A DNA stretch of 64,000 nucleotides from Laetmonice hystrix (GCA_965235115.1 OZ249436.1:6944001-7008000), one strand, 5' to 3'; counted from the first letter of the stretch, positions 48,046-61,408 are shown. The notes: generated by a model from the letters alone, not told the origin. Numbers and translations: made by a program.

Positions 48046-51000
48046 GTAGACAACCTAGCGGGGTGCCATGGTAACCTATAATCTAGAGTGATATATATAG
48101 AGTGATATGAGTGGAATGACAGTGACAGCAGGGCTGACAACGGTTGACAGTGACATACAGACCAAGATAACACAGTTTGTGGATGAGACGTTTTTCATTG
48201 GTGTCAACGCTCGAGCTGTGTCTTAACAACAGTAAAATAAGTAAGGTATGCTTCTCTTGAGAATCACTTGAAATTTGTCCCATGTAGAGCAGTTCTTTTA
48301 TCAAGGTTCTATGGTTTTAGCCTATATTCTAAAGACCTTTACATGGAGGTTTGCAATAGAAACAAGAGTTAGAAATTTGAAGACACTTTGCCAAGCCTGT
48401 GATTTCAGTCCTTAGAGGACAAATTTTAAAAACATATTATTTACACAGACGGTCTATGTCATCCCTATGATCCATTGGCGGGAATTCTTATATCCGTCTT
48501 GCTTGATGGACACTTAAGCCATTAGCAAAATGGAGCTGACCTGAAAAGGAAGACGGGCTTAGCTTCGGAGGACAACAAATTGCCCGGCTGCTATCTGCAG
48601 AAAGCCAGGCAGCCTTGGGGGACACCACAAGTCTATGCTGCTGGCATCACCAAATAGCTGCCTGCAATAGAGCATCCATCCCTACGCTTGCACATTCCCC
48701 CAACAGGAGGACAAATTCTACCACTGCAGCCATGTGGGACAGCCTTGATTAATTGCTCCAGTTTTTGCCAGAGTTTGTGTCATTAAGTGCTCAAATCCTT
48801 GCCGTATCCCGAATCACAGCGTCTTTCTGTGCTGCTGCCCCGACAGGGCCCGCCACATAATGCCTGGGATAAGGTTTTCAGTTGACCTGTGACTTCACTC
48901 GCGGCTCGTGTGCTGAGTGGCTCGGTGCTGACAAGAAGATGACCTTTTCCTGGCTGGGGAATCTGCGCTGCTCCTCCCGAATCCTAGGGCAGACTCCTAG
49001 GGCGTGTGACTATGAAGCCAAATGTTGATGTTGGGCTCCCTCAGGGATTGGGCATGGAAAGCTGTGAATGTGAGTGCCATGCTCAATGATATAGCCGGCG
49101 TCATCCCAATGCTGAGTGCACCCTCCCAACTCATCCCATTACGGTCTCGGCCTCGAACAGGAATTCCAATGCATTGCCTGCACATTGCAGAACATGGAAG
49201 TTCGCTTAAAGTCCTTCCGAGTTACACCCACTGGTTGACAAAATGACGACGTTCTGCACAAGGAAAACCAGCAGTTAGGAAACAATAATTAAAGCTTCAT
49301 TTACAGGGAGACAATCAGTTTGAGCATGTGGTTCATCTTTCGTCTTCAGCTTTGTCCCAAGCTGAGGACACTCGAGTACAATTATAGCATTGTTATTCCC
49401 ATCCGAAAACAATTTGATGGGTGATGACAATGGAGGCTGTGTAGAGAATCAGCTGATTGCTGTGCCTTCCCATCTGCTCATACATACAAATGAGTGTGTG
49501 GATGGTAAAACCTTTCTATAGACACTCCATCGTACTGGTCAATCGTTCACACCCCTGCCTCTTAAAGCGATGCCCACAAAGTTAACTGGATCACTGCCTG
49601 CAGTTGCCAATCTGTGCCGAGCCATAAAGCCGTGCCCACGTTATCATAAATACACCTAATAGATCCGAATGACCAGTCTTTCCACAAACCACCCTGAAAG
49701 AAGCTGCATTCTCAACCCGCCCATTTCTCACCTCGGGACCGTGATGTTCCAAAGAGGTCCAGTTCAATTAGAGAATGGCATCAACCGAGGGTGGTGCACT
49801 GAGCAAGATTGCAGTCAAATGGGCATTGCAACTTGAGGCAATTGTGTTAAAACTACTGGCTGAAGTAGTTGATGATTTGCTTCTCTTTCTTCCCCACAGT
49901 GCTGCACACAATAATCTCAGAGAACCAAATAAAACTTGACCTCACATAATAAACATTATTGTCTCACTTATATGACCTGTATAAAGAATGGGAAAAAACA
50001 AATGTCACTAAACAGGTCGATATGACGTCTTATACATTGTATTTATGTATTTTTGTATTTATGTTTATTTCAAAAAGGTAAACATCAATATTTATGCGTT
50101 CACCTGATAGACAGCAGATCTATTTACTGAAATAGACCCTGCACCTCAAAGATTCTGCTGTAGCACACTTACCGTGTGACCAATACCGTAACCTTCAGAG
50201 CTAACTATGCACCCGATGACCTCCGCATACGAAGTTCAAAATCCGCTTTGTTTGTTTAACTAGAGTTTAACTGATTGAGCTATTAGGATCTCAAAGTGAT
50301 AATTTCTACAAGGGATAACTAAACATACGACAGTTTGTTACCTTCCATGTACTTACACGTTACACGAATACTTCCAAAAAATTATATGACATTCAAACCG
50401 TCTATAACTGTTTCGTTACCAGTCAAAATGAGATAATCATTGAAGGGGTCAATCCACCAGGACGACTATCCTTCCAGTGTCCATGCGACTTTCTTCCAGG
50501 TTGAACCAAGAATTTAAAGGATGGAAACCATTTTCAGGATAATGAAAGGAACCCCACCAAATCTGACCGTTAGGGTACTCGCCTTGGGTCATGTTCAGTG
50601 TGATTTTTCCCTTTGAGGTGGTCATCCACGAATTCCCCTCGCCTGAGGTTCCTACCGACATGCAAGCCTAATCCTAGAGTAAAGTTCACCAGGTTGCACT
50701 GCGAAAGACGCCTGACCAGTCTCCTGCTGCCTACTAACGAAGCCACGTCGAGTTAAGGCTCCCTTCAACTGTAGCTTACTCCATGTAAGGTGAAGGCCAC
50801 GGCGGACTGCAACGTTTGTTTTTGAACCGAAGGTCATTCCTGAAGGTCACAGCTGGACCGGTTAGTGATGAATGTTGCTCTCCTGCTGATGGAGTTAAAA
50901 AGAAGACCCTGCCATTGTTCCCAATTTGCCTTTGAATAATCACTCGTGATCCTTGCCAATGGCTTTGGATCTTTGCCCCGTCTAAAGACCTCAATACAAT

Positions 51001-54000
51001 CAATCTTTCAACAAAAATATATTGGTTCCTTTTTTACAACAAACCGGGAGTCAGACATTTCACGACACTCGCTTCTGGTCAGCCAACGGAAGGGGTGATT
51101 GGCAATTTATTTTCTCATTTCAGTGACATTAATCACAATTACATTTTGAAAAAGGCTTGTTGAACGTATGTTTTGAACTTGAAAAGTAGGTCAATCATGA
51201 AATTGTGTGGATTACGAACTAATTAATATAAAATTGCATAAACAACTTCCCTGGCTATATAAGGTAATAGTGTCTGGACTGTAACGATTTGAGACAATGG
51301 TGCACCAATTACCACTATTCTGAAGCAGTGCCAGAATGGCTAATTGTTGGTCTATAAACACCTCAGTGTCTGAGCTCCTGCGAACTTGGCCTAATCTTTA
51401 CCCGTTTCACCTTGACTATATGGGAAGACGATGACCCATTGTGACTACTATACAATGGGGGTTCTATCTAGTGATGCGAAGTGGGTCACATTATTCCTTG
51501 AGGGCCGTTCTAGTCTTTGTTTTGGCCAATTTGTAACGAGTTAGGGAAACAAATATAGTGTTTGGGACGGTGGGCGAGCCATGGCCTTGGGCCAGTTGTT
51601 TTTCTCCCTAGTTTTGACTGACGCGTTGTCCCAGCCCTTATCACGGTTTGACTCACTCAGTTCGTACCTTCAGGCCTTGCCCCTGGAGGGCGCTTCATAC
51701 GCGAACGACCATAGAGCATACATAGACACAATGTGGGTCGGATACCAACTGGCATGGTTTAAGATGACATTTGATTTAATATCTATGTGCGCAATTACGG
51801 AGTAACCGTAACACGTTACAACAAAATGAGCTGATATAATATTCAGTTCTTTCTTTTGGAATAACTCGGCAAGAGATTGTGTTCGGATAATTATCAAACA
51901 TGTCATATAAGAGAAAAGGAGAGTTTCTTTGTTTTAAAAATAACAATATAATGCATGTGTAACAAGTAAATAGTTGGTGGTAGTATAGATGATTAAAATT
52001 CATTAAGTTTATCTTCATGATCTCAAATCAAAATGTCCTAACCTAGATTCTGACCTCATCCGTTTTGTGAATTCATGAGGTGTAACGATTCGGCATCAAT
52101 ATAAGGAATTCAACATGCAAACTTATCAATTTATCCATTTCCTTCCCAAGAATTTCCTTCCTTCCTTGTATTTCACTTGTCTTTCCTCTGTTTTCTTGAC
52201 ACTAGCTGAGACATTGGTTCCCCGTAAAAACAATCGCGGTAACTTTCAGACTGCACTTTGATTTCTTTTGGACAAAAGGAATGGGATGTTTATTGGTGCC
52301 ATTAGAGTGTTCAGTGCCATCCTGGCCGAGCGGTTGAAGATCAACAAATTACTTAAATGAGCCGTTAGAATCAGTGAGTAGATCACAAGAATGGTGAGGT
52401 CGGTTGGCACTTGCCTTGGGGGACGAATCTGCCGCCCTTGAGACCAATGTGGACCATCAAGATTCGTGGCACGCTCCTCCCTAAGCTCTGCAGTATGTCG
52501 GCTTTGGTTGGGAATTAAGGGACTGCTGTGGATGCATTTAACACAGTGCCAACAATGTGCGACCGTGGTGGCAGTCACCTTACAACCCTGCAGATGGCAG
52601 GTCACCGGAGAAAGGCCCACTCGGCAGGGTCAATGCTAAATCAACATGTTATTGAGGCAGCCGAGAACGGGCTAGGGATTACGAGCCTCAGCTCTATATA
52701 GTGTTGCACCTCTGTGGCTGATCGGCAGAATGGGATTCAGGCAGATCTCTATTTGCACAAGGAAATCACTGTGTGCAAACAATCCGCAGAGCAGTGGGCT
52801 GGAGCAGCTATTTGCAAGCATCTTGTCCTGCTCATTGCTTGGCCATATACACCCAATTACACCAGGGAGATCAGTGGCCCCCGACGTCCACCAAAAAGCT
52901 CTCTTGGCTATTAGCCTTTAATCTGTCCACGGAGGGTCTGAAAACGTATTCGAGCACATTTTCATTTAGAGGCGAGGTCCACTTTGTGCTTGGAAATGGT
53001 TGTGACATGAATGGATGAAATGTGCGCTCTGAGCCATTACTTGTAAACGTAGATGAGATGTGTTGACTTTCGATATCCGTGAGCCGTGTTGAGTAGATTC
53101 GCCTGCATTTGCCCCAGAGCCAGCGCCAAGCATTACTCCCTATTATCTGTCCATATACTGATGGAGGCCATCAGTGTAGTCAAGTTCCCAATGGTCTGCT
53201 GCGGCCTGAAATGGCCTGAAATGGCTGCCAATAGCCGTCCTGCTTTGCTCTGAGTGCGTGTGTGAATCAGCTGTGCGCCAATGTTTTAAGCTGATAAGGC
53301 AATCACAGGCATCTTTAAAGCAACCAGTGCCTTCCCCTGGACAGACCCCCCTCCTCCCTGCTAGCTCTCCCAGCTCCCTCCGATGGGGCCCCCTCCCCTT
53401 TGCTCCCCCAGTCATCCCCTGTGGAGGCGCCCTCCGTTCTTTCTCTACAGGTCTCTCCATATAACGGAATGGCCCAGATTAACATTAGCAACCTACTTCT
53501 ACATGGCCAAATGAGTGTATTGATCTTAAACACATTAACACCAGCGCAATCTTTACACATCAATGGAATTCACTACCATTTACTGTCAAACAGAAGGCTA
53601 AGAATAAATCCTCTTCTAAAGTTTACGTGCTTGTTTTGTAAAAACAGACTGTAGTGAAGATGTGAACCAAATAAGATTTGGAGTTGGTTTGAATGAAAAA
53701 TTATTTACATTACGTATCAAAGTGCCCTAAATAATCCGCGTATAACACCCAATAAAAGATTAATTGATTCCGTTGTAATTCAAGCTAAAAGAAAAGGAAT
53801 ATTGCTCTTAGAAAATAAGAAGACACAGGTGAACACACTGCTATTCCACACTGCTTGATCAGCTCTGAGGGTTATTTTTAGCCCACTGCCTGATCTAGGA
53901 TCATTTGCTCTCCGACCCTATGCCTGCCCTTAGAATGTTATAACAAATAAATCTATTTACAATAACGACTTGTAAACACCAGGAAAGCCGTCATATTTGA

Positions 54001-56910
54001 CTGTGCAAGCAGTACAAAAATCCCAACGTGATGGCTATTGTCACTTTTATGCTCTTTTTCAATGAATAAATTTGCCAGATTCCGCAATGTTTGGGCGTTA
54101 TGAATGCGTTAAATGGCCGGGCAAGGCAATAGCTGCTTGTGGCCATGCTCTGCACAGCCCGATCTCCATATTGACATTTTTCATAATGTTTATAGCTTAC
54201 AACGAGTCCCTGTTGACACATTGAGCCGCGAGAAGACACGCTGAAAATGGCTTCACACCACGTCTCTGGTGCAGGGAAATGACATCTGAGATGGCAACAT
54301 GAGAAACGGTCTATCCTCCCTGACCTGCCCTTCTCTCGCTCCATTTGAACCTTTTTAGCACAGAGATCGACGCAAAGTCTATATCTCACTCTCCGAGTAG
54401 AAAAGGCCCAACTCTCCTCTCGAAAATACCGTTATTTTGCCGATGTTCCAAACAAGGGCATATCACCACCAGGTTTTATTCTGGCTCTTGTTTACACAGT
54501 TTATACCATTTAATTTTTTTAAAAATTTCATTATCATCTATATAACTGCCCTCCATGTTGTTTTATGTATTAATCACAAGACGAAGCCGATTGCTCGGTA
54601 TATCAGAAAACCAAACGAGCAATTCTGCTCCGAACACTCTCGATGCATATCTCGAATTGCTAGTGAGCAGCGGCAGCAGACAGAATCAATACCCACTCTG
54701 CAGGCCAAGCTATTTGCCAAACCTCTTCTATCAGAAATGTGATGATTCTCCATCGTGTCTGAGGCATACTTTTCCTGACTGATTACCTATGTCGATAGGG
54801 CCTATCATTGCTGCCTGTAATCCACTCCCCCCAGACAAATGAGCCTGCCAACGCCAAGTCTTCCAACTCTGACCACAGTAACAACACTAAGGCAATCAGA
54901 AACTATAGGCAATCCCAAAGAAAAAGGTCCGCTCAATTCATCAGATTCAGACAGGCCTACATCTCCTTCAGGCCGGGGACCTATCCGCCAAATCTCATTC
55001 TCTCAGCTCTCACTGCTCTGAACTCAGGGCAAAGTCCACGTCAGGACATAAAGAAAAAACTGCACTGGGGGATTACACAGGAGGAAGCATTGACTTACAA
55101 TCTATGTAATATAGCTTCCCCCTACCTTAAACATTCGTGACCCTTGACAAAACAAAACACAACAAATATTGTCAGTACTGCTCAGTAATATTAAAGTCAT
55201 AAGTGAATCTGTACACAACCAATAGCAATTATCCCCCAACCATCATAATTAAGGTGATCTTCCTCAACTTCCATTATGTATGTACAATTATTCCAAGAAG
55301 AAGAATAAAAAACAGTCGGTTTTACTTCCCTTTGTGTACATTTGACAGAATTTCTTTATCTATTTTAATGACAATTTACATGATGGAGACTCCAGAATGA
55401 AAGTGACATTATACTGACTTTATCTGGCACAAACACAGAGCTATTTGGACCCGCCTCTTTCCAAATTTCCCCATCAATATGTCACGCCTAACACCATCAA
55501 CAAAGGTATAAACAAACACTACGAAGAATTAACTCCTATAGAAGCAGATATAATCTTGTATTTCCCTCCTGATGGTCCAGTACTGCATGCCTTCCCATTG
55601 GGGCGCTGTTCTCTCTTCCATCTATGACCATGCCTAGTCCATGTAACTATTTAGTTGGCTAATGCCGTGTGTGAACGCCATCAGACCGACCTGCATCAGC
55701 AGCTATTTCCTGACTTTAAATCCCCCCTAGATATGTATTGCATGGAGCCGGGCCTCCTTTTTGATGGATAGTCATGTGGCATGTTGTTGGCGGTGGAGCC
55801 CGGAGCATCCCGTTCTCCAGCACCTAGAGCCCGTCTCCACCCAACCACTCCCCGCCACAGTCCACCGCCCGGGCGGGCGGGCAGCCGTGCGGGAGGCGGT
55901 CAGCACCGCTCCAATCACCAGCCACTTCTAAAGATACTCTCACAAACATGTCTTAGTCTGTCATTCATCCAGTACAACGGCGACAAACTAACCAATATTG
56001 AACTCTGTGTTTTGTTACCTGGCTTTGGCTGGTTTTGTGACTTTACCTTAACTACAGACACCATAAATCAAGGCTATACAAGCGGGTTTGTGCGAGAGCC
56101 AAGTGTTCAGCCAGCACGTTCTGATCAGTGCCTCAGACGATCTCCACTAAGGACACCTGGTGGCCGTATCACGTACCAATCAGGAGCGCGTCTTTTGCCC
56201 GTCATAAGGAGAAGCTGACATTCATAATTGGTCTCTCCCTTACCCTGCTAGGTATGAAAAGTTAGGTTCCAACCCCAATAACTGTATATAATATCCGCTA
56301 TACATCTATCGTACTGTCCCCAGAACACTACTCAACGATTTATCATTAATAAGTTCATTACTTCTCCACACAAATACACAGTCATATACACGTGTTACAT
56401 AAACACACAGTCATACACACGTGTTACTCTTCAGCTACAGCTTCATAAATATCCTTTAAAATATATCCTTGACCCACGTGACCTTATGAACCAATTGTTT
56501 TACTTGGTGTGTCTAATGACTGTGACGTTATATGGTATTCTCTTGAACACACACTACTTTTATATTGTACACACCAATAATCCCATCCCATCCACCAGAT
56601 CCCCGGCATTAACAACAACAGACTTCTGTGATGGCATCATTAATCTATTAAATATAAATCTTGATTTCAAGCCAAACGGGAGATGAAGAAGAGTATATAT
56701 AGAGGAGGTTTTTCGAGGCCACATCTGTGCCTATAAACTAACGATACAAGCTGCGCCAAAGCCACCGATGAAAGCGCATGTAGTAACTTAATATAGCCAT
56801 CAATATTTGATGTCACCGCAATGGTTGTGAATGTATGATGACAAAGGACCGGGTCCCAGAGCTTTCATGGAGTCTGCCGTCATGATACGGTATGGGAGGT
56901 CGTTATCATT

Positions 56911-57197
56911 TACCGGAGGTCTGATCAAGTCATCTTTATAAGGTACCCATACCGGAGGTCTGATCAAGTCATCTTTATAAGGTACCCATACCGGAGGTCT
57001 GATTAAGTCATCTTTATAAGGTACCCATACCGGAGTCTGATCAAGTCATCTTTATAAGGTACCCATACCGGAGGTCTGATTAAGTCATCTTTATAAGGTA
57101 CCCATACCGGAGGTCTGATCAAGTCATCTTTATAAGGTACCCATACCGGAGGTCTGATCAAGTCATCTTTATAAGGTACCCATACCGGAGGTCTGAT
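56911..57197. repeat. 39-bp minisatellite, about 7 copies
   Basis: Unit accggaggtctgatcaagtcatctttataaggtacccat. Confidence 0.97.
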
Positions 57198-58847
57198 GGA
57201 GTGTATATTCACAGAGTTGCCAGATATTTCCTTCGTTCTTCTTTATAAGAATATAAAGTAACAAATTACAGGTGTAGGCAACAACAGCGACAGTTTATGG
57301 ATTATATTCAATTATACTTTATTTGTCAATTTCAAATCGTTGCTTTGTTTCCCTTCAACACTCAAACTAGAATTGTCTACACTTTTGCAACATATTTTAA
57401 TATACAAAGTGTTTTGGTAGTCATAATATTAAATACAGCTTACCTTGGCCCGACTAAATTATTACTACAGTCCCATCCTCTATCTCCACTCACCGATGAC
57501 CCACAAAGTGGAAGACACATAAGAAACAACATTATAGATCATCTAGATACCAGCCTGACTGGAAGTCCCCCCCCCCCGGTCCATTACCCCCGACTGACCC
57601 AGAACCAGCCACTAACCGACAGGTATCTATATTTGATAAGCTTTAATCTACTGGGATCCATCAGAGTGAGATTAAAGGACTAATCCCTAGGCACTGGCTC
57701 GTGCACTACAGGCATGTATGCCATGCGTGCGTAACCTAATCTCCACCCTGCGTGCTATCTAGGTGGAGATGCATGTAATCATATTGTAGAATGTTTTGGT
57801 TTCTGCTACAGAGTATTTTTCGGTGATATTTCAATGCAAGCTAAAATATCGGATCAGAAATATTACCGTACGTCAAGGGGGCGCCCAGCACGGGCTCTAG
57901 TTAATATAACAGATGCTGAACAATGACTGTCAAACAGATTCCTCAGTACAGATTAAATTCAGTTGTCTATGTCGGATTGGTTTAATATTTTGAGGATTGT
58001 TAATGGCCCATCTGAGTGCCTTTACAGAAGTTTCGAGGATGAGTAAGCAACGCTTTAAGATAAATTCATTTTCTTTGTTTGAAAAAATTAATGGACTATA
58101 TAAAAGCAACCTATTTTCTGTGGGAATTATGCAAGGGAACAACGAGTCCTAACAACGTACATAAGTTCACCTTAGAACTTCCTCATCCCTTAATGTATCT
58201 CAAACAAGCCTACTCCTAAAATAAACAAATTCAAAATTCAAAATTCAATTCAATTGTAAAGATATCAATCTAGTTAAGTTATCAACTCTTGCTCTATGTA
58301 AAATGAACTTTACCTCATCCATGTGATCCAGTTCCAGGTTAATAATATTAATATTTTTAAAATAAAAAATTTCAGCACTTACCTTTAAATCATACACATC
58401 TAAGTGTTTTCTCTCGGGTACTTGTAACTTTATTATCTGAAGTACAAAAATGTCATAATAACAGTAGAAATCATGGTGACTGCACTCATACCATGACCAC
58501 CGTACCTACCTACTAACATTGAGAACAAAATGTCAACCAGCGTGGCTATTAGAGAATTCGTATCGATCAAACCTTTGAATTTTCCAAAACTACATTTGTG
58601 AGGATGAAGTAACACCTTCTACTCGACACGATCTACAAGAATATGAGCGAGATACGAGCCAAGTGAGAGAGTCGACCAGCTGAGTGCCACTTTCTGTGTG
58701 CTGCAGACTGTGTAAAGTGTCGGGCAGCCAGGATTAAAGAGAATACACAAGTCTACGTGGCGTCCCGGCTGTGTGGGGCAGGTGATCGGTGGAGATCAAA
58801 GCCCTCAGCCAGACACTTGGGAGATGAGCCAAAGAGGCAGGATAGGA

Positions 58848-58867
58848 GGGTCAAAGGTCAAAGGTCA
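58848..58867 (+). promoter_or_regulatory. Triple AGGTCA half-site array (two overlapping DR1 elements)
   Basis: GGGTCA-A-AGGTCA-A-AGGTCA. Confidence 0.3.
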
Positions 58868-59540
58868 GGCTGATTCTTCAGGCCCTGATCTAGAGCTATT
58901 TTACTGCTGGCCGTGGATTTTGAGGCCAAAAAAGAGGTTCTCGTTTCTTAGATTTAATTTACCGCAAGTAATCGAACGCGCGAAGGAAGGTTTAGGGTCC
59001 CTATTCGTTTACTAAGTTTACTCTCTAGTGTTATCCACCGTTTAGTAGATATAATATTCCAGTAAAGATCAACCTATTCCCATTAACCCAAGACTGAATC
59101 AACGACTACGTTAAAGATGTGCCCATGCAGCAGTCGGCCTGAATATGCTTTGTACACAGGGTTAAGACGCCTTAAAAGAAACTCAAATGATTTTCTTTTC
59201 CTAACTAATAAAGTGAGATACCTGGGGTTGAAGATTAAGTAAATAATCCAATGATGTGTAATCTACATTAAAATGTTGATCGGCTCACCTAATGTCATTG
59301 TTTTAATCACCTTAAGATTTCAATCATATTAACTTCTCATCTCTGACAGTGGATTCTGATAATCTACCAAGTACTGCCGAGTCAAGATCACGGAGATTGG
59401 ATGACTGTACGGAGATCTGTGACGCATTAGACAAATACCGGTAATTACAATAAATGTATATGTGACAGGGATATGGAATTGTGCGAGGTGACAGGGTTAT
59501 GGGATTGGGCGAGGTGACAGGGAAGAACAAAACTCTGCCC

Positions 59541-60250
59541 CCATTCTAGTATTAAGTCTTGCATGTACTTGTACATGTAGCTCGCGAGCTCGTTGCCTCC
59601 ACTCTAGTATTGAGTCTTGTGGGTGGGTGGGTATTTGGGGTTTTACGCCTTGCAACAGCAAGGGTCATATCACGGCGGTGAAGATGATGATGAAAGTCAG
59701 TTTTTCTTGGTGGAGGAAACCGGAGTACCCGGAGGAAACCACCGACCATCGGGAAGGAACTGACTGACAAACCTTTCACACATGCAGCCCAGGCCGGGGA
59801 TCGAACCCGGATCGCAGCGGTGTGAGGCGATGGTCCTAGGCGTCATGAGCCAACACCTTAGACCACTCGGCCACCCGAGGCCCCCGTATTGAGCCTTGTA
59901 CTTGTACATGTAGCTCGCGAGCTCGTTGCCTTCATTCTAGTATTGAGTCTTGTACTTGTACATGTAGCTCGCGAGCTCGTTGCCTTCATTCTAGTATTGA
60001 GTCTTGTACTTGTACATGTAGATCGTGAGCTCGTTGCCTCCATTCTAGTATTGAGTCTTGTACTTGTACATGTAGATCGTGAGCTCGTTGCCTCCATTCT
60101 AGTATTGAGTCTTGTACTCGTACATATAGATCGTGAGCTCGTTGCCTCCATTCTAGTATTGAGTCTTGTACTTGTACATGTAGCTCGCGAGCTCGTTGCC
60201 TCCATTCTAGTATTGAGTCATGTACTCGTACATGTAGATCGTGAGCTCGT
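59541..60250. repeat. 54-bp minisatellite (about 8 copies) interrupted by a SINE
   Basis: Unit tagtattgagtcttgtacttgtacatgtagctcgcgagctcgttgcc(t/c)cattc. About one copy lies left of the SINE and about 6.8 copies lie right of it. Confidence 0.95.
59620..59885 (-). mobile_element. Full-length tRNA-derived SINE (266 bp)
   Basis: Minus strand shows A box TGGCCGAGTGG (59863-59873), B box GGTTCGATCC (59798-59807), a central GGTGGTTTCCTCCGGGTACTCCGGTTTCCTCCACCA resembling the V/Meta-type SINE core, and a short (CCCA)n tail. The TSD is gtattgagtcttg/gtattgagccttg (59607-59619, 59886-59898). Confidence 0.92.
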
Positions 60251-60328
60251 TTCACCTCATTAACCAGATTTTTAAGTCTTTGTCTTATGTTTTGTTAGAA
60301 CTGTTTTGTTAGAATTCCAAAGTTCCGA

Positions 60329-60577
60329 TTGTCAGGGGACCTGGGAAGCCTCCTCTATACAGATAATATCGACTTACTAGAGCTGGACGTTTTCATTTCT
60401 TCAATGAAAAGCAAGGAAACAACCCCCATTCTGCAAATGAAATTTGGTGAAATATTGGATGTGACTTGTCCTGGGCAGAGATTGTATTTGATCCGTCCCC
60501 TGGGCCGAGCCCTAAAGTCATCGGAGAGCGTCAAGGAAGAGCTAATTAGATTTGTACCTGGATCATGCATCACCTAG
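60329..60577 (+). pseudogene. Possible decayed non-LTR reverse transcriptase fragment
   Basis: SLLYTDNIDLL resembles the LLYADD(I/L)VLL motif. No other RT motif is clearly recognisable. Confidence 0.2.
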
Positions 60578-61211
60578 AGGAGATCAGTCGACAAAGGTAT
60601 TAGGACTAATTACCCTCACGACCCACCACACCTGTCTACCATAGCCATATCATGTAATACTACTGGTACTCATTCCGACTATAAGTGTCCCAGTTTCCTG
60701 CCCTTATTTCTGATTTACTGATCTGTAGATTCCTGTATCTTCTAGCTACCCCCGACAGGGATTTCATTTAGGGTAGAACGATCAATATTAACCTTTGATT
60801 AACATTTCTACCCCCTGGAAGGGGCGTCATGGTGACCTTATTAACACCTTGTTTCAATTAACCCCGACTGATTAAACCTCCGAGAGGGTGAGGAGCTCCA
60901 ACCTGGGGGGCTGGGGGTGAGACAGCCCTTGAGTTGGTCGGTCTGGCTCACCAGGTGGTAAAGATGAATGGCACACCTGCTGATCCCATCGTTAGGACCA
61001 GCCAATATTAATCTATCAATCTACATCACACACATAATGACATGTGACTGTAATTAGCCATCACTGCCAGGCAGGTAACCAAGCATAGATCGAGGCAGTG
61101 CCTCCTTCAATCAACACGGCCTACCTGTAACTGGCAACAGAACCTGTCGGTGGGGGTCGAGTGTGAACGGCGGGGGATGGGGGCGAGGGGCGGCGGGGGG
61201 AACCTGCACGG

Positions 61212-61408
61212 CAAGGTCTCAAATACGGGGGATCAGCCGCTTTCTGTCGGCAACGTAACTACCACCAAAAATACAAGGTCTCAAACACGGGGGATCAGCC
61301 GCCTTCTGTCGGTAACGTAACTACCGCCCAAAATACAAGGTCTCAAATACGGGGGATCAGCCACCTTCTGTCGGCAACGTAACTACCGCCAATAATACAA
61401 GGTCTCAA
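61212..61408. repeat. 62-bp tandem repeat, about 3.2 copies
   Basis: caaggtctcaaa recurs at 61212, 61274, 61336 and 61398. Confidence 0.95.

Noticed and set aside
52290-52360. FSAILAERLK (RT-like) and nearby LPGVIG at about 52850 (Harbinger transposase-like)
   Set aside because: These are single short matches on different strands, and the neighbouring conserved motifs are absent.
59780-59885. tRNA gene
   Set aside because: The A and B boxes are present, but they continue into a SINE body, tail and TSD, and no complete cloverleaf is evident.
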